DNA of 64,000 nucleotides, from the NCBI GenBank assembly GCA_046484865.1, contig JAWOID010000082.1:1-64000 (forward strand). Reading direction: 5' to 3'. Numbering within the stretch: position 1 is the stretch's first letter; every line of letters starts with the position of its first letter. The position numbers and the translations under genes were made by a program. The notes beneath the pieces were generated by a model. It was not told where the DNA came from. It did no database searches and saw nothing but the letters and a program-made list of their open reading frames with translations. This DNA is from Candidatus Krumholzibacteriia bacterium. Lineage in GTDB: Bacteria; Krumholzibacteriota; Krumholzibacteriia; LZORAL124-64-63. This document shows, in pieces, positions 27,881 through 37,434 of the stretch.

Positions 27881-28849
27881 TTGCATCGTCGCCAGCCGTC
27901 AAGGAATGGTCTTCTCTCACGATACCTGCGGTCGCGTCCGCCGGCGGCGGCCGGCCTCCTGGCCGCCGCCCTGCTGGCAACGGCGATGTTCACGATGCCG
28001 CCGGCGCCGGCTGCCGCGGTCCGGGCACCCGAGCTACCGCCGCTGGTGTTCCATCCGGTCGGCCCGGGCTCGCACGAGGCTGCCGCCGACTGCGCCCGCG
28101 TGTGGCAGCGACGCGGCCCGGACCTGGTGGCGGCGCTGGTTCCGGCGGGCACGTTCCTCGACACCGTCAGCGTGCTGCTGCTGCCCACGGCCGAATTCCG
28201 TCGCCACTTCGGGACGCGCATGCCCGACTGGGGCGTGGGCGTGGCCGTGCACCCGGGCCGGGTGATCGCACTGGACCCCACCCGGCTGCCGGCGGTCGGC
28301 CGCGGGGTCGAGGAGGTGTTCCTGCACGAGATGGTGCACGCGTTGCTGATGCAGGCCGTGGGCGACGCCTGGCTACCCACCTGGCTGCACGAGGGAGCGG
28401 CCATGTGGCTGTCGGGGGAGTGGCAGTTCACCGATACGGTGGCGGTGATCCTCTCGGGCCGACTCCCGAGTCTCGAGGCCCTGAGCGTTCCCTTCCCTCG
28501 GGGCGTCGCGGCCGCCGGGACGGCCTACCGCACCAGCCTGCTCGCCATGGGCCGCCTGCGCCGCTGGTACGGCGACGACGTCCTCACCCACCTCCTGGCC
28601 GCCACGGCGACGACCGGCGACTTCGAGGTCGCCTTCCAGGAGGTGACCGGCGAGGAACTGGACGTTTTTCACGCGCGCTTCGCCCAGGCGATGGAGTTGA
28701 GCTACGGCTGGGTGCTCATGCTCTTCCGCTGGCCCACGCTCTTCGTGCTCATGGCGCTGCTCTTCGCGGTGGGAGCGGTGCGGCGCCTCGTGCTCGCGCG
28801 CCGCCGGCTGGCCGAGATGGCGGACGAGGAGTGGCCCGGCGGTTCATGA
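27881..28849 (+). CDS. Membrane-anchored zinc metallopeptidase-like protein (peptidase MA family)
   Basis: HEMVH...PTWLHEGAA gluzincin motif; N-terminal signal and C-terminal TM. Start uncertain. Confidence 0.75.
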   Translation: MHRRQPSRNGLLSRYLRSRPPAAAGLLAAALLATAMFTMPPAPAAAVRAPELPPLVFHPVGPGSHEAAADCARVWQRRGPDLVAALVPAGTFLDTVSVLLLPTAEFRRHFGTRMPDWGVGVAVHPGRVIALDPTRLPAVGRGVEEVFLHEMVHALLMQAVGDAWLPTWLHEGAAMWLSGEWQFTDTVAVILSGRLPSLEALSVPFPRGVAAAGTAYRTSLLAMGRLRRWYGDDVLTHLLAATATTGDFEVAFQEVTGEELDVFHARFAQAMELSYGWVLMLFRWPTLFVLMALLFAVGAVRRLVLARRRLAEMADEEWPGGS

Positions 28850-29767
28850 GCCGCGGGCCCGCAGCAGCGAGAGGTCCTCGGCATACGCCGGCTCGCCGCC
28901 CGGTACCTCGAGGATCTTCAGCGCGTGCGCCAGCCGCCGCGTCCGCACCACCCGCACCAGCGCCGCCCGGCCGATCTCGCCGGCTCCCACCCGGGCGTGC
29001 CGGTCCACGCGACTTCCGCGCGGGCGTCGCGAGTCGTTCACGTGCACCACCCGAACCCGTGCCAGACCCACGCGCGCCTCGAGGTGATCGAGGGTCCGGC
29101 GCCACTGCCCGGCCGTCGCCACGCCGTATCCCGCCGCCAGCACGTGGCAGGTGTCCAGGCAGACCGCCAGACGCTCGGGGTGGTGGCAGGCGGCGATGAT
29201 GTCCCGCAGGTGCGCGAACCGGTGGCCCAGGTTCGTGCCCTGGCCAGCGGTGGTTTCGAGGCACAGGAGGACCTGCTCGGTGCCCGGGGTGCGGCCGGTG
29301 CCGGCAGTGTCGATGCAGCGATCGAGGCTGGCGGCGACGGCGGCCACGCCGGCGGCCTCACCTGCCCCCAGGTGAGCGCCTGGATGCAGGACCAGCGCGC
29401 GGATGCCCAGGCGGGCGCACCGCTCGATCTCGTCGACCAGAGCGGCTCGAGACCGGCGCAGCAGCGTGTCGTCGGTGGCCGCGAGGTTGATGAGGTAGGA
29501 GTCGTGCGCGCAGACGTCCGAGCCCGTGTACCCGTGACCGGCCAGGGCGACGCGCCACGCGTCCACCTGTTCCTCGTCGAGTCGCGGCGCCCGCCACTGC
29601 ACCTGGTTCTTGACGAAGATCTGGAAGACGCCGGCGGGCAAGGAGGCGGCCCGCGCCGGGGCCCGCTGGAGGCCGCCCGCGGTCGATACGTGTGCGCCGA
29701 GGCGGTCGGCGGCCGGCCGCTCGCCGCCAGGGCGATCGGCATCGACGCCATGGAACGACGGTGTCAT
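28844..29767 (-). CDS. nfo: Endonuclease IV
   Basis: GAHVSTAGG, HDSYLINLA, HPG, ETTAGQG, CLDTCH, HVNDS and DRH. Start is an estimate. Confidence 0.92.
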   Translation of the reverse strand: MTPSFHGVDADRPGGERPAADRLGAHVSTAGGLQRAPARAASLPAGVFQIFVKNQVQWRAPRLDEEQVDAWRVALAGHGYTGSDVCAHDSYLINLAATDDTLLRRSRAALVDEIERCARLGIRALVLHPGAHLGAGEAAGVAAVAASLDRCIDTAGTGRTPGTEQVLLCLETTAGQGTNLGHRFAHLRDIIAACHHPERLAVCLDTCHVLAAGYGVATAGQWRRTLDHLEARVGLARVRVVHVNDSRRPRGSRVDRHARVGAGEIGRAALVRVVRTRRLAHALKILEVPGGEPAYAEDLSLLRARGS

Positions 29768-30037
29768 GCTGCACTCCCGGACGCGTGCAATCTGCAAGCA
29801 GCGGCGGTCGGTCAGGCCGCTCTCTCCCGCTCGGAGCCGGCGGGTCCCCGCAAGGTAACCCCATGACCTGGAAGGTCCAGAGGTGGCCGCACCTGCCCTC
29901 GCGGCGGGCGGCGCCGCGCTCGACGGCGGTGGCACTGCCGTTGCACGGGCTGCGCGACCGAGACCGTGAGCGCCGGCACGAAATGCGGCGGCCGCTCGCG
30001 AGATCCCTGCTCGCCTCGCCGCCTCCGGAGGAGCCAC

Positions 30038-30697
30038 GTGACGATCCGCCCTCTCCATCTCGCGATCCTGGTGCCGGTCCTGCTGGCGGCGATCGCGGTC
30101 CTGTCGCCCGGGCCGGCGGCGGCCCAGACCATCGACTTCTCGTTCCACTGGTCGCAGAGCCCGACGCGCGACGAGGCCGGCCGGCCGCTCGCCGCCGCGG
30201 TGGAGTACGAGGTCTGGCTCAAGCGCGGCGCTGCGATGGAGGAGCGGATCGGCGTCGCTCGCGACACCCTCTACACGCTGGCCGCGTCGGCGAACGTGGT
30301 GCAGCGGATCCGCGTCTGCGGCTATGATGAACTCGGGCGCCAGTCCGTGTTCAGCGACTGGTCCGAGCCGATCTATTTCGAGTCCCACCGCACCAGCAGC
30401 CTGCTGCCTCCCGCGCCCGTGCTGCGCGGGAACTACCCGAATCCGTTCAACCCCGAGACCCGGATCGTGTACGGCGTGCCCGAGGGAACCTCGGCTGCCG
30501 CGACCGTGGAACTCGAGGTCCTCGACATGCGCGGCCGGCGGGTGCGTACGCTGGACGTGACCGAGCGCCCGGGCTGGCACGAGGCGATGTGGGACGGCAC
30601 CGATCAGTCCGGTCGCACGCTTCCGACTGGGCCGTACCTGGTGCGCTTCTCCTGCGCGGGAGAGGCCATCACCCGCAAGATGATCATGGTCAAGTAG
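30038..30697 (+). CDS. Small secreted protein: FN3-like domain plus FlgD-Ig (PNPFNP) C-terminal domain
   Basis: GGAGG RBS, signal peptide ending AAA-Q, W...YEVW...SDWSEP, then NYPNPFNPET...WDGTD...GPYLVR. Confidence 0.78.
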   Translation: MTIRPLHLAILVPVLLAAIAVLSPGPAAAQTIDFSFHWSQSPTRDEAGRPLAAAVEYEVWLKRGAAMEERIGVARDTLYTLAASANVVQRIRVCGYDELGRQSVFSDWSEPIYFESHRTSSLLPPAPVLRGNYPNPFNPETRIVYGVPEGTSAAATVELEVLDMRGRRVRTLDVTERPGWHEAMWDGTDQSGRTLPTGPYLVRFSCAGEAITRKMIMVK

Positions 30698-32744
30698 ACC
30701 GCCGCGCGCGCTGGCGCCGAGATCCCGGCAACAGGAATCCCAGCACCGGAACGAGCGCGGCGGCGAGTCCCGCCAGGGCGAACGCGGGCTCGCTGCGACT
30801 GTCGTAGGTCAGGCGGAGAGTGCCTCCGCCGGAAGGCACCGGCACCCGCAGCAGAGCCTCGTGCTCGTGGACCGGTACCGACACGCCGTCGATGCGCGCC
30901 TGCCAGTTCGGATGGTACTGGAGGGAGACGAAGACGTCCCCGGCCGCACCGCCGTCCCCCGCGACGGCAGGTCCGAGATCCACCATGTAGTCGTGCACCG
31001 ACATCGCGCGCGTCGGCAGAGGATGCGGCGCGTCCCCGCGGCGCCAGGCGAGCTGTGCCGACTCGTCCGTCCGGCGGAAGACATGGTAGCGGCCGAAGGT
31101 GGCTGCCGGCGTCAGGAAGTCGCAACGAGACAGCTGGTCGCGAGCCTCGGCGGAGAACACCACGAGGTGGGAGCATGCCAGCAGCGACATGCCGCGTTCC
31201 ACGTCGCCGGGAGTGAGGTCGGCCACGGAGATGTTGAAGAGGCGCCCCGCGTCCGAGCAGTAGCGAACGCTGAACGGGTTGTTGTACCGCGGAAACCCGT
31301 TGATCTGAGCCACGGGAGCGTGGAACGCCAGCAACGCCAGGGCGTGGGTCTTGTGCGACGGCTGCCCGCCGGCGCGCGCGAGGACCCAGCGATTCACGGC
31401 AGAGCCGGGCGGGACGGCGAACTCCGGCGATTCCCACGTGTCTTCGACGTAGATGCGGCCCTCCTGCGCGGGCGCCGCCGCGGCGAGCCAGTCGCGCAGC
31501 TCCGTGAAGCTCGCGTGGTCGGGGATCCCCGTCTCGCCGACGAGCGTCCGCGGCTGGTGAACGAGCATCCGATCGGCACCGATGACCACGGTGGCGGCGA
31601 CGGCGACGACCACGGCGGCGCCTGCGATCGCGCGCGACGGGCGCCGTCCCGCGACCGCCTGCTCGTGCAGGTAGGCCAGCCCGACCGCCGCGACGACCAG
31701 GAGGAGACTCGCCACCACGAGGCCGAACCGCTCGGCGAACGCGATCAGTCCGCCCTGGAGCGGAAACTCCACCGGCACCCTGGCGGCCACGTTCTGGTAG
31801 AGCAGGAAGCTCGCCGTCAGGGGCAGCAGCACGCGGCCCAGGAACGCCCAGCGGCGGCGCAGGACCATCTTGACCACGCCCCAGGCCGCGAGCAGGACCA
31901 CACCCGTCACGATCGGATCGGGCAGCTGGTAGAAGGGATCGGCCCGCGGTCGCCCGGCCTGGCCGACGGCATCGACATTGGTGGCGAGGATGGCGGCCGC
32001 CTGCGGGCTCGCCAGGCCGAGGCCCAGCACCGGGATGGCGAGGAAGTAAAAGAGCCGTAGGCCCCGGAGGGCGCGCCGGACGGAGGGATCGAACGGCGCC
32101 GCGACCCAGCCCAGCAGGGCGAGGATGCTCCCGAGCGGATGCGCCAGGAAGGCCAGCGCCAGCAGCAGCACGGCCGCCACCCAGCCGCTGCGCCGGCCCG
32201 CCTGCAGCCACCCGTCCAGCGCCACCAGGAACCAGAAGGCCAGTCCGATGGAGAGCGCGTTGTACCACATGCCGCCGTTGATGTGGTAGAGGCTCTCGAT
32301 CACGCACAGGTAACCGGCAAGGGCGGCCGGCAGGTGCCCGGTCCGGCGGCGCAGGAAGACGTAGACGCCCAGGCCGAGCGTCAGGTACGTGAGCGGCACG
32401 GTCAGCTTCAGGGCCCACTCCACGCCCACGAGCTTCGCCAGCAGGAGGGGTAGCGCCAGGGACAGCGAGTACGGCTGGCCGAGGATCTCGCCGGCGTTGT
32501 AGCGGGGGAAGGGGATGCCCCAGAGGTCGTGGGTCTGCGGCCAGATCTCGCGGTCGAGCATGCGCGTGCTCGCGGCCCAGGCGGGATAGTCGGTGAAGAC
32601 CAGAGGCCCGCGCTCGAAGACCAGTGGCCAGGCGAGCGCCGCGAGCGCTGTCGCCAGCAGCAGCGATGGCAACCACGGCCGGACCGCCGCGGAGGTCCAC
32701 GCCGTGCCCTGGCGGCGCTGTCCCCGCACGGCCGGGGCGCTCAT
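30690..32744 (-). CDS. GT-C-like polytopic membrane protein (YfhO-like C-terminus)
   Basis: About 11 TM helices, acidic first loop (FTDYP), large C-terminal extracytoplasmic domain with YHPNWQARIDG and a terminal TM; translationally coupled to the GtrB-like gene. Confidence 0.65.
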   Translation of the reverse strand: MSAPAVRGQRRQGTAWTSAAVRPWLPSLLLATALAALAWPLVFERGPLVFTDYPAWAASTRMLDREIWPQTHDLWGIPFPRYNAGEILGQPYSLSLALPLLLAKLVGVEWALKLTVPLTYLTLGLGVYVFLRRRTGHLPAALAGYLCVIESLYHINGGMWYNALSIGLAFWFLVALDGWLQAGRRSGWVAAVLLLALAFLAHPLGSILALLGWVAAPFDPSVRRALRGLRLFYFLAIPVLGLGLASPQAAAILATNVDAVGQAGRPRADPFYQLPDPIVTGVVLLAAWGVVKMVLRRRWAFLGRVLLPLTASFLLYQNVAARVPVEFPLQGGLIAFAERFGLVVASLLLVVAAVGLAYLHEQAVAGRRPSRAIAGAAVVVAVAATVVIGADRMLVHQPRTLVGETGIPDHASFTELRDWLAAAAPAQEGRIYVEDTWESPEFAVPPGSAVNRWVLARAGGQPSHKTHALALLAFHAPVAQINGFPRYNNPFSVRYCSDAGRLFNISVADLTPGDVERGMSLLACSHLVVFSAEARDQLSRCDFLTPAATFGRYHVFRRTDESAQLAWRRGDAPHPLPTRAMSVHDYMVDLGPAVAGDGGAAGDVFVSLQYHPNWQARIDGVSVPVHEHEALLRVPVPSGGGTLRLTYDSRSEPAFALAGLAAALVPVLGFLLPGSRRQRARRST

Positions 32745-33865
32745 GCCTCGCCGCGGATCCGTCGTCCGACCGGACTCCGGTCGCGCGCCGTCGCGGTCAG
32801 GCCGCGGCGGACGTCCGGTCGGTCGGCTCCACTTCCGTCCCCGACTCCGACTCCGTCGCGATCCACCCGCCATGCCAGGGGCCTTGCACCGGCCGCCTGC
32901 TCCCGGATCTCCTCGACGACGAACAGCGGCCGCCCCTTGGTCTGCTCGTAGAGGCGTCCCAGATAGAACCCGATCACCCCGAGGTACGCCAGCTGGACGC
33001 TCGCCAGCAGCGACACCACGCCGATCACGCTCGTCCAGCCGCTGATGACGTCGCCCCGCAGGTACCCGACCGCCGCGTAGAGGAGGATGGCGACGCCGAG
33101 CCCGGCCGTCAGCGCGCTCACGACGCCGGCCAGCGCCAGCGGGCGCGTGGAGAACGAGGCCACGGCATTCATCGCCAGGCGCGTCATCTGGCGCAGCGAG
33201 TACTTGGTCTGCCCCGCGAATCGCGCGCTGCGCTCGTACTCGAAGGCTTCCTGGCGGAAACCCACCCAGCTCATCATGCCCCGCAGGAAGCGATGCTGTT
33301 CCGGCATGCGATTCAGGGCGTCGAGCGCTCGCCGCGAGACCAGGCGGAAGTCTCCCACGTCCATGGGGATCTCGACGTCGCTCAACCAGCCCAGAGTGCG
33401 GTAGAAGATCTTGGCCGTGACGAGCTTGAATCGCGTCTCGCCGGCGCGGTGGCGGCGCTTGCCGTACACCACGTCCACGCCGCGATCCATGCGCGCCATC
33501 ATGCCCGCCAGCAGCTCGGGAGGATCCTGCAGGTCGGCGTCGATGATGAAGACGCGCTCGCCCCGGCACAGCTGCAGCCCGCAGGAGAGCGCCAGCTGGT
33601 GGCCGTGGTTGCGCGACAGCTTCACCGCGACCACGGCCGGATCGCGGGCCTGCAGCTCCGACATGAGCGACCAGGTGGCGTCGGTCGAGCCGTCGTCCAC
33701 CAGCACGAGTTCATACCTGACGGCCAGCTCTGCGCACACGCGGCTGACCCGCCGGTACATCTGCTCCAGGCATTCCTGCTCGTTGTAGCAGGGCACCACG
33801 ACCGACAGCTCGACGCTCGCCGGTCGCTCGCGGGGGTGGGGTTCGAAGATCTTGCGGTCCGTCAT
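32741..33865 (-). CDS. GtrB/ArnC-type polyprenyl-phosphate glycosyltransferase (GT2)
   Basis: VVPCYNE, VDDGSTD, LSRNHGHQLA, DADLQDPPE, GDFRL, RFAGQTKY and two C-terminal TM. Confidence 0.92.
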   Translation of the reverse strand: MTDRKIFEPHPRERPASVELSVVVPCYNEQECLEQMYRRVSRVCAELAVRYELVLVDDGSTDATWSLMSELQARDPAVVAVKLSRNHGHQLALSCGLQLCRGERVFIIDADLQDPPELLAGMMARMDRGVDVVYGKRRHRAGETRFKLVTAKIFYRTLGWLSDVEIPMDVGDFRLVSRRALDALNRMPEQHRFLRGMMSWVGFRQEAFEYERSARFAGQTKYSLRQMTRLAMNAVASFSTRPLALAGVVSALTAGLGVAILLYAAVGYLRGDVISGWTSVIGVVSLLASVQLAYLGVIGFYLGRLYEQTKGRPLFVVEEIREQAAGARPLAWRVDRDGVGVGDGSGADRPDVRRGLTATARDRSPVGRRIRGEA

Positions 33866-33889
33866 CTCGAGTCTCCCGGTGCGGGGCCG

Positions 33890-34579
33890 CTACCTGTGGG
33901 CCGCTACGATGTACTGCGCCCCCAGGGGCAACCACCCCAGGTGCCGTTCGATCCGGCGGAACAGCCGCCGGCGCCAGGGGAAGAACAGGATGAAGCAGGC
34001 CCGCTGCGGCGAGAACCCGGCTGCACTCGTCAGCGTCACGAGGCGCCGCGGATCCAGCAGCACCGCGTCGGCGTCGAAGACGCAGTCGCGCACCGCCTTG
34101 CGGGTGAGCGGATTCCACGGGTTGTGCTCGAAGATCAGCAGGCGACCGCCCGGTCGCAGCACGCGGTGCGCTTCGCGCAGGAACGCCGTCCATCGCTCCG
34201 GCGGCACGTGGTGCATGACGTTGATCGTGAACGCCTCGTGGAAGCTGCCGTCGGCGTAAGGCAGACGGTCGCCGTCCTGCACGCGGTATTCCACCGAGGG
34301 ATTGCTCCGTCTCGCCACGGCGACGCTCTCGCGACTGGGATCCACGCCACGCAGGCGGCCGCAGCCGGACGCGAGGTGGACGTCGGTGCGGCCGGTTCCG
34401 CAGCCGATGTCCAGGATGTCGACGGCGTCGAGGTCCGCGCCGTGCCGGGCCGTGAGCAGAGCCAGCAGGATCTCGGCCTTCACCTGCGTGTAGAAATCGC
34501 TGCTCTGTCCCGCGAAGGCGACGGACCGCTGCAGGAGTTCGTCGTAGGAGGCCGCGTACTCGTCGAACTCGGACCTCAT
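33890..34579 (-). CDS. Class I SAM-dependent methyltransferase
   Basis: ILDIGCGTG, VMHHV, VLRPGG and FEHNPWNPLT. Confidence 0.9.
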   Translation of the reverse strand: MRSEFDEYAASYDELLQRSVAFAGQSSDFYTQVKAEILLALLTARHGADLDAVDILDIGCGTGRTDVHLASGCGRLRGVDPSRESVAVARRSNPSVEYRVQDGDRLPYADGSFHEAFTINVMHHVPPERWTAFLREAHRVLRPGGRLLIFEHNPWNPLTRKAVRDCVFDADAVLLDPRRLVTLTSAAGFSPQRACFILFFPWRRRLFRRIERHLGWLPLGAQYIVAAHR

Positions 34580-35661
34580 GGCGCTCTCGCCCGGAGATCG
34601 CCGGTGTAGGCCTGGACATGTACGTCCGCGGTGAGGACCTTTTCGAGCAGGAACGACTCCAGAACGTCCGCATAATGCCGGTGGGCCCGCGCGCTCGGGT
34701 GTCCGTCATGGGGGAGGTTCGTGTTGGCCGGTATGTTCATGTCCACGGCTATCTCGACGGCCGGCAGCCCGTTCTCTCGGGCGTGGCGGAGCATGCGGCG
34801 GCCACCGTGGATGGCGGCGATCACCAGCGGCACCTCGTGCGCATCGGCGAGGCGGGTCATCTCCGCAATCAGGGCGCGCGAGACCTCGTTGCTGTTCCCG
34901 CGCCTCGCCTCGAAGCGGTTGTAGGCAATCTCGCCGGCGTGGACCAGGGCCAGGCGCTCCTGCAGCGGAAAGGGACGGTAGACGACCTTGGCTGTCTCGA
35001 TCCGTAACCGGCCGTCTGCGTCGAGGCAGGCGAAGGGTTGCGACAACGGCCCGAGGTGATTCCATGGCGCCACCTGCTTGCGGCGCGCCCGCGCGAACGT
35101 GTTGCGCGCGTCATGGAAGTCGGCGTAGGCGAGGACGGCCACCCGTGGCCGGCGTTCGGCGAGGGCGCGGCGGAACTGGAGCAGCGAGTGGACGGTACTG
35201 TACCCGCTCGCCCCGAAGTTCACCACCTCGTGACTGGGGAAGCGTTCTTGCAGCAACCAGGGATATGTTTCGGAGTCCTCCACCGACCAGCCGTGGGTGA
35301 AGGAGCACCCGAAGATCCAGATCCCGGGGCGCTCGCCCGGGCCACCGGTGCGCGGGCCGGTGATCCGGTGACCGTCCGGCCCGTGCGTGACGCCGAACGC
35401 GTAACCGTCGCCGAGGGTGATCTGGAAGGTCCCCGGCAGGTGGCGGTAGCCCAGCAGCGAATCGGCGGCGAAGAGCCGGCCACCGGGCTCCACGGTGACG
35501 GCCACGTCGTGGACTCGCCATGGCCCGATGCCTCGCGACCGGACCACGCCCTCCGCGACTGCTGCGAACAGGACGGAGACGGTCACGAGATAGAGTGGCA
35601 GGAGCCAGCGCCGCCGCCGGCCCGGTGGAGTTGCCTGCGTCTGATGGCGTTCGGAGTCCAT
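34576..35661 (-). CDS. Membrane-anchored SGNH/GDSL hydrolase-like protein
   Basis: N-terminal TM; GCSFTHG (block I), NFGASGYS (block II) and DGHP (block V). Confidence 0.82.
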   Translation of the reverse strand: MDSERHQTQATPPGRRRRWLLPLYLVTVSVLFAAVAEGVVRSRGIGPWRVHDVAVTVEPGGRLFAADSLLGYRHLPGTFQITLGDGYAFGVTHGPDGHRITGPRTGGPGERPGIWIFGCSFTHGWSVEDSETYPWLLQERFPSHEVVNFGASGYSTVHSLLQFRRALAERRPRVAVLAYADFHDARNTFARARRKQVAPWNHLGPLSQPFACLDADGRLRIETAKVVYRPFPLQERLALVHAGEIAYNRFEARRGNSNEVSRALIAEMTRLADAHEVPLVIAAIHGGRRMLRHARENGLPAVEIAVDMNIPANTNLPHDGHPSARAHRHYADVLESFLLEKVLTADVHVQAYTGDLRARAP

Positions 35662-35746
35662 GGTGGAGCAATCTACCGGGGAACACGATCCCGAGCCAGG
35701 GACGGTGACCGCCTGACGAGCGATTCAGGCCAATCCCCTAGCCGTT

Positions 35747-36766
35747 TCAGGAGATATCCCTACCCCGCCGCCGCCAAGCCGGCGTCCGCCGCGTGGGCAG
35801 CAGCGACCAGAGCACGAGGGCGAGCGTACGCCTGCGCCTCAGGACGCGCGGTTCCAGCAGCGCGACCGCGCGCCAGGCGTGTCTGGCCGCGGCCCAGTCG
35901 CCCCGGCGGTCTTGCTCCTCGGCCTCGAGCTGCAACCGTGCGGGGTAGGAGGTGTCGCGGAAGTAGCGCCAGACCTGCAGGGCCAGGCGGCCACGGCGCG
36001 GCCAGGGCACGTGGCGCAGGTGCCGTCGCGCCACCCGCCACGCGCACCGGTAGCTCTCCAGGGCGCGGCCGGACGCATTGCCGGGATGGAGACGGTAGTG
36101 CAGCGCGACCCGCGGCTCGTGGAGGATGCGTCCCAAGCGAGCGACCTGGAGCCACGCGTCCCAGTCCTCTCCCCACGGGAGCGATTCGTCGAAGCCGGTC
36201 GTTCGTCTCAGCGCGTCTCTGCGCACCAGCGGCGCGTAGATGGCGCTGCAGCAGAGGAGGTGCTCGAAGGCGGACCCCTGCGGCTTGTGCGGAAGCCGCT
36301 CCAGGTAGATGGCGCCCTCGCGCGGGTCGTCGCCGCGGAACTGGAGCGTCTCGCCATAGACGAGCACCGCCGTCGGCTCCGCATCCAGCGCGGCGACCTG
36401 CCAGGCCAGCTTGTCGGGCGCGAAGAGGTCGTCCGAGTCGAGGAAGGCCACGTACTCGCCGCGTGCGAGTTCCACGCCGCGGTTGCGGGCGGCCGACACG
36501 CCGCGATTATGCGGCAGGCGTTCGTACCGGAACCGCCGGTCGCGAGCCGCGAAGGCGGCGGCGATCGCCGGTGTTCCGTCGGTGGAGCCGTCGTCCACCA
36601 CCAGGCATTCCCAGTCGGTGAAGGTCTGCCGCAGGACGCTCTCCAGCGTGGCCGGGAGATACTCGTCGCGGTTGAAAGCCGGCACCAGGACCGTCACGCG
36701 CGGTGCGGCCTCCACCTGCAGCCGATCGCCCGGTCCGAGCCGCCGTTCCGTATCCGACCCGGTCAT
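35747..36766 (-). CDS. Glycosyltransferase family 2
   Basis: VPAFN, VVDDGSTD, NRGVSAARN, FLDSDD and GEDWD. Confidence 0.92.
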   Translation of the reverse strand: MTGSDTERRLGPGDRLQVEAAPRVTVLVPAFNRDEYLPATLESVLRQTFTDWECLVVDDGSTDGTPAIAAAFAARDRRFRYERLPHNRGVSAARNRGVELARGEYVAFLDSDDLFAPDKLAWQVAALDAEPTAVLVYGETLQFRGDDPREGAIYLERLPHKPQGSAFEHLLCCSAIYAPLVRRDALRRTTGFDESLPWGEDWDAWLQVARLGRILHEPRVALHYRLHPGNASGRALESYRCAWRVARRHLRHVPWPRRGRLALQVWRYFRDTSYPARLQLEAEEQDRRGDWAAARHAWRAVALLEPRVLRRRRTLALVLWSLLPTRRTPAWRRRGRDIS

Positions 36767-36773
36767 CGCGCTC

Positions 36774-36923
36774 CTAGAAGATGGCGTAGATGAATGGCGC
36801 CACGGCGGACCCGGAGGCCATCACGATCACCAGGCTCAGGAGCAGCAGCACGAGCACGACCGGGAACAGCCACCATTTCTTGCGTACCCGCAGGAACGTC
36901 CAGATCTCGACCAGTCGCGTCAT
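36774..36923 (-). CDS. DUF5989 (SxtK-like) small membrane protein, 49 aa
   Basis: Manual translation MTRLVEIWTFLRVRKKWWLFPVVLVLLLLSLVIVMASGSAVAPFIYAIF; the RKKWW...APFIY signature. Below the ORF-track size cutoff. Confidence 0.88.
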   Translation of the reverse strand: MTRLVEIWTFLRVRKKWWLFPVVLVLLLLSLVIVMASGSAVAPFIYAIF

Positions 36924-36972
36924 CGACTCTCATCCCTTTCTCTGCATCCACATGGCCATGATCATCACCTTG

Positions 36973-37356
36973 TCAGTAGGGCCGCCGGTACTGCCGGTGC
37001 GGCCCGTCCTCTTCGACTGACACCCAGTAGCTCTCGACGATCCGGTCGCGTTTGAGCGACAGGAAGTCCTTGCCGGTAAGTCGGGCCAGCAACCCCAGCG
37101 GCGTCACCAGGAGAAAGTAGGTGGCGGCCAGCAGTACGCGCGTCATCACCGCCGCGAGCATCTCGGCCAGCTTCATCCACGCGCGCTCCACCGGGGCCAG
37201 TGCCGACGGAAGCACGCTGCCCGTGGCGAGGAACGCGGCGCTCGTCACCGCGAACAACATCCAGACGGGCGAGTTGCGCCACCAGGCGAGGGCGGCGGCG
37301 ATGGCGAAGCCGGTGGTCATCACCAGGGCGAACCGGCGCAGTTCCCGTGAGTCCAT
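36973..37356 (-). CDS. SxtJ-family membrane protein
   Basis: ELRRFAL, L.PV.RAWMKLA, YFLLVTPLG, GKDFL, SYW; lies between the carbamoyltransferase and DUF5989. Confidence 0.85.
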   Translation of the reverse strand: MDSRELRRFALVMTTGFAIAAALAWWRNSPVWMLFAVTSAAFLATGSVLPSALAPVERAWMKLAEMLAAVMTRVLLAATYFLLVTPLGLLARLTGKDFLSLKRDRIVESYWVSVEEDGPHRQYRRPY

Positions 37357-37434
37357 CCCCAGGTTCCCACCGCGACCGGCGCCGCGGCCGGCGCCGAGGC
37401 TCTGAACGCGGTGCTGCACGGCATCCTCCTGCGA

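Noticed and set aside
36763..36951. 62-aa ORF given in the track
   Set aside because: Wrong frame; the real gene is the 49-aa DUF5989 ORF at 36774-36923.
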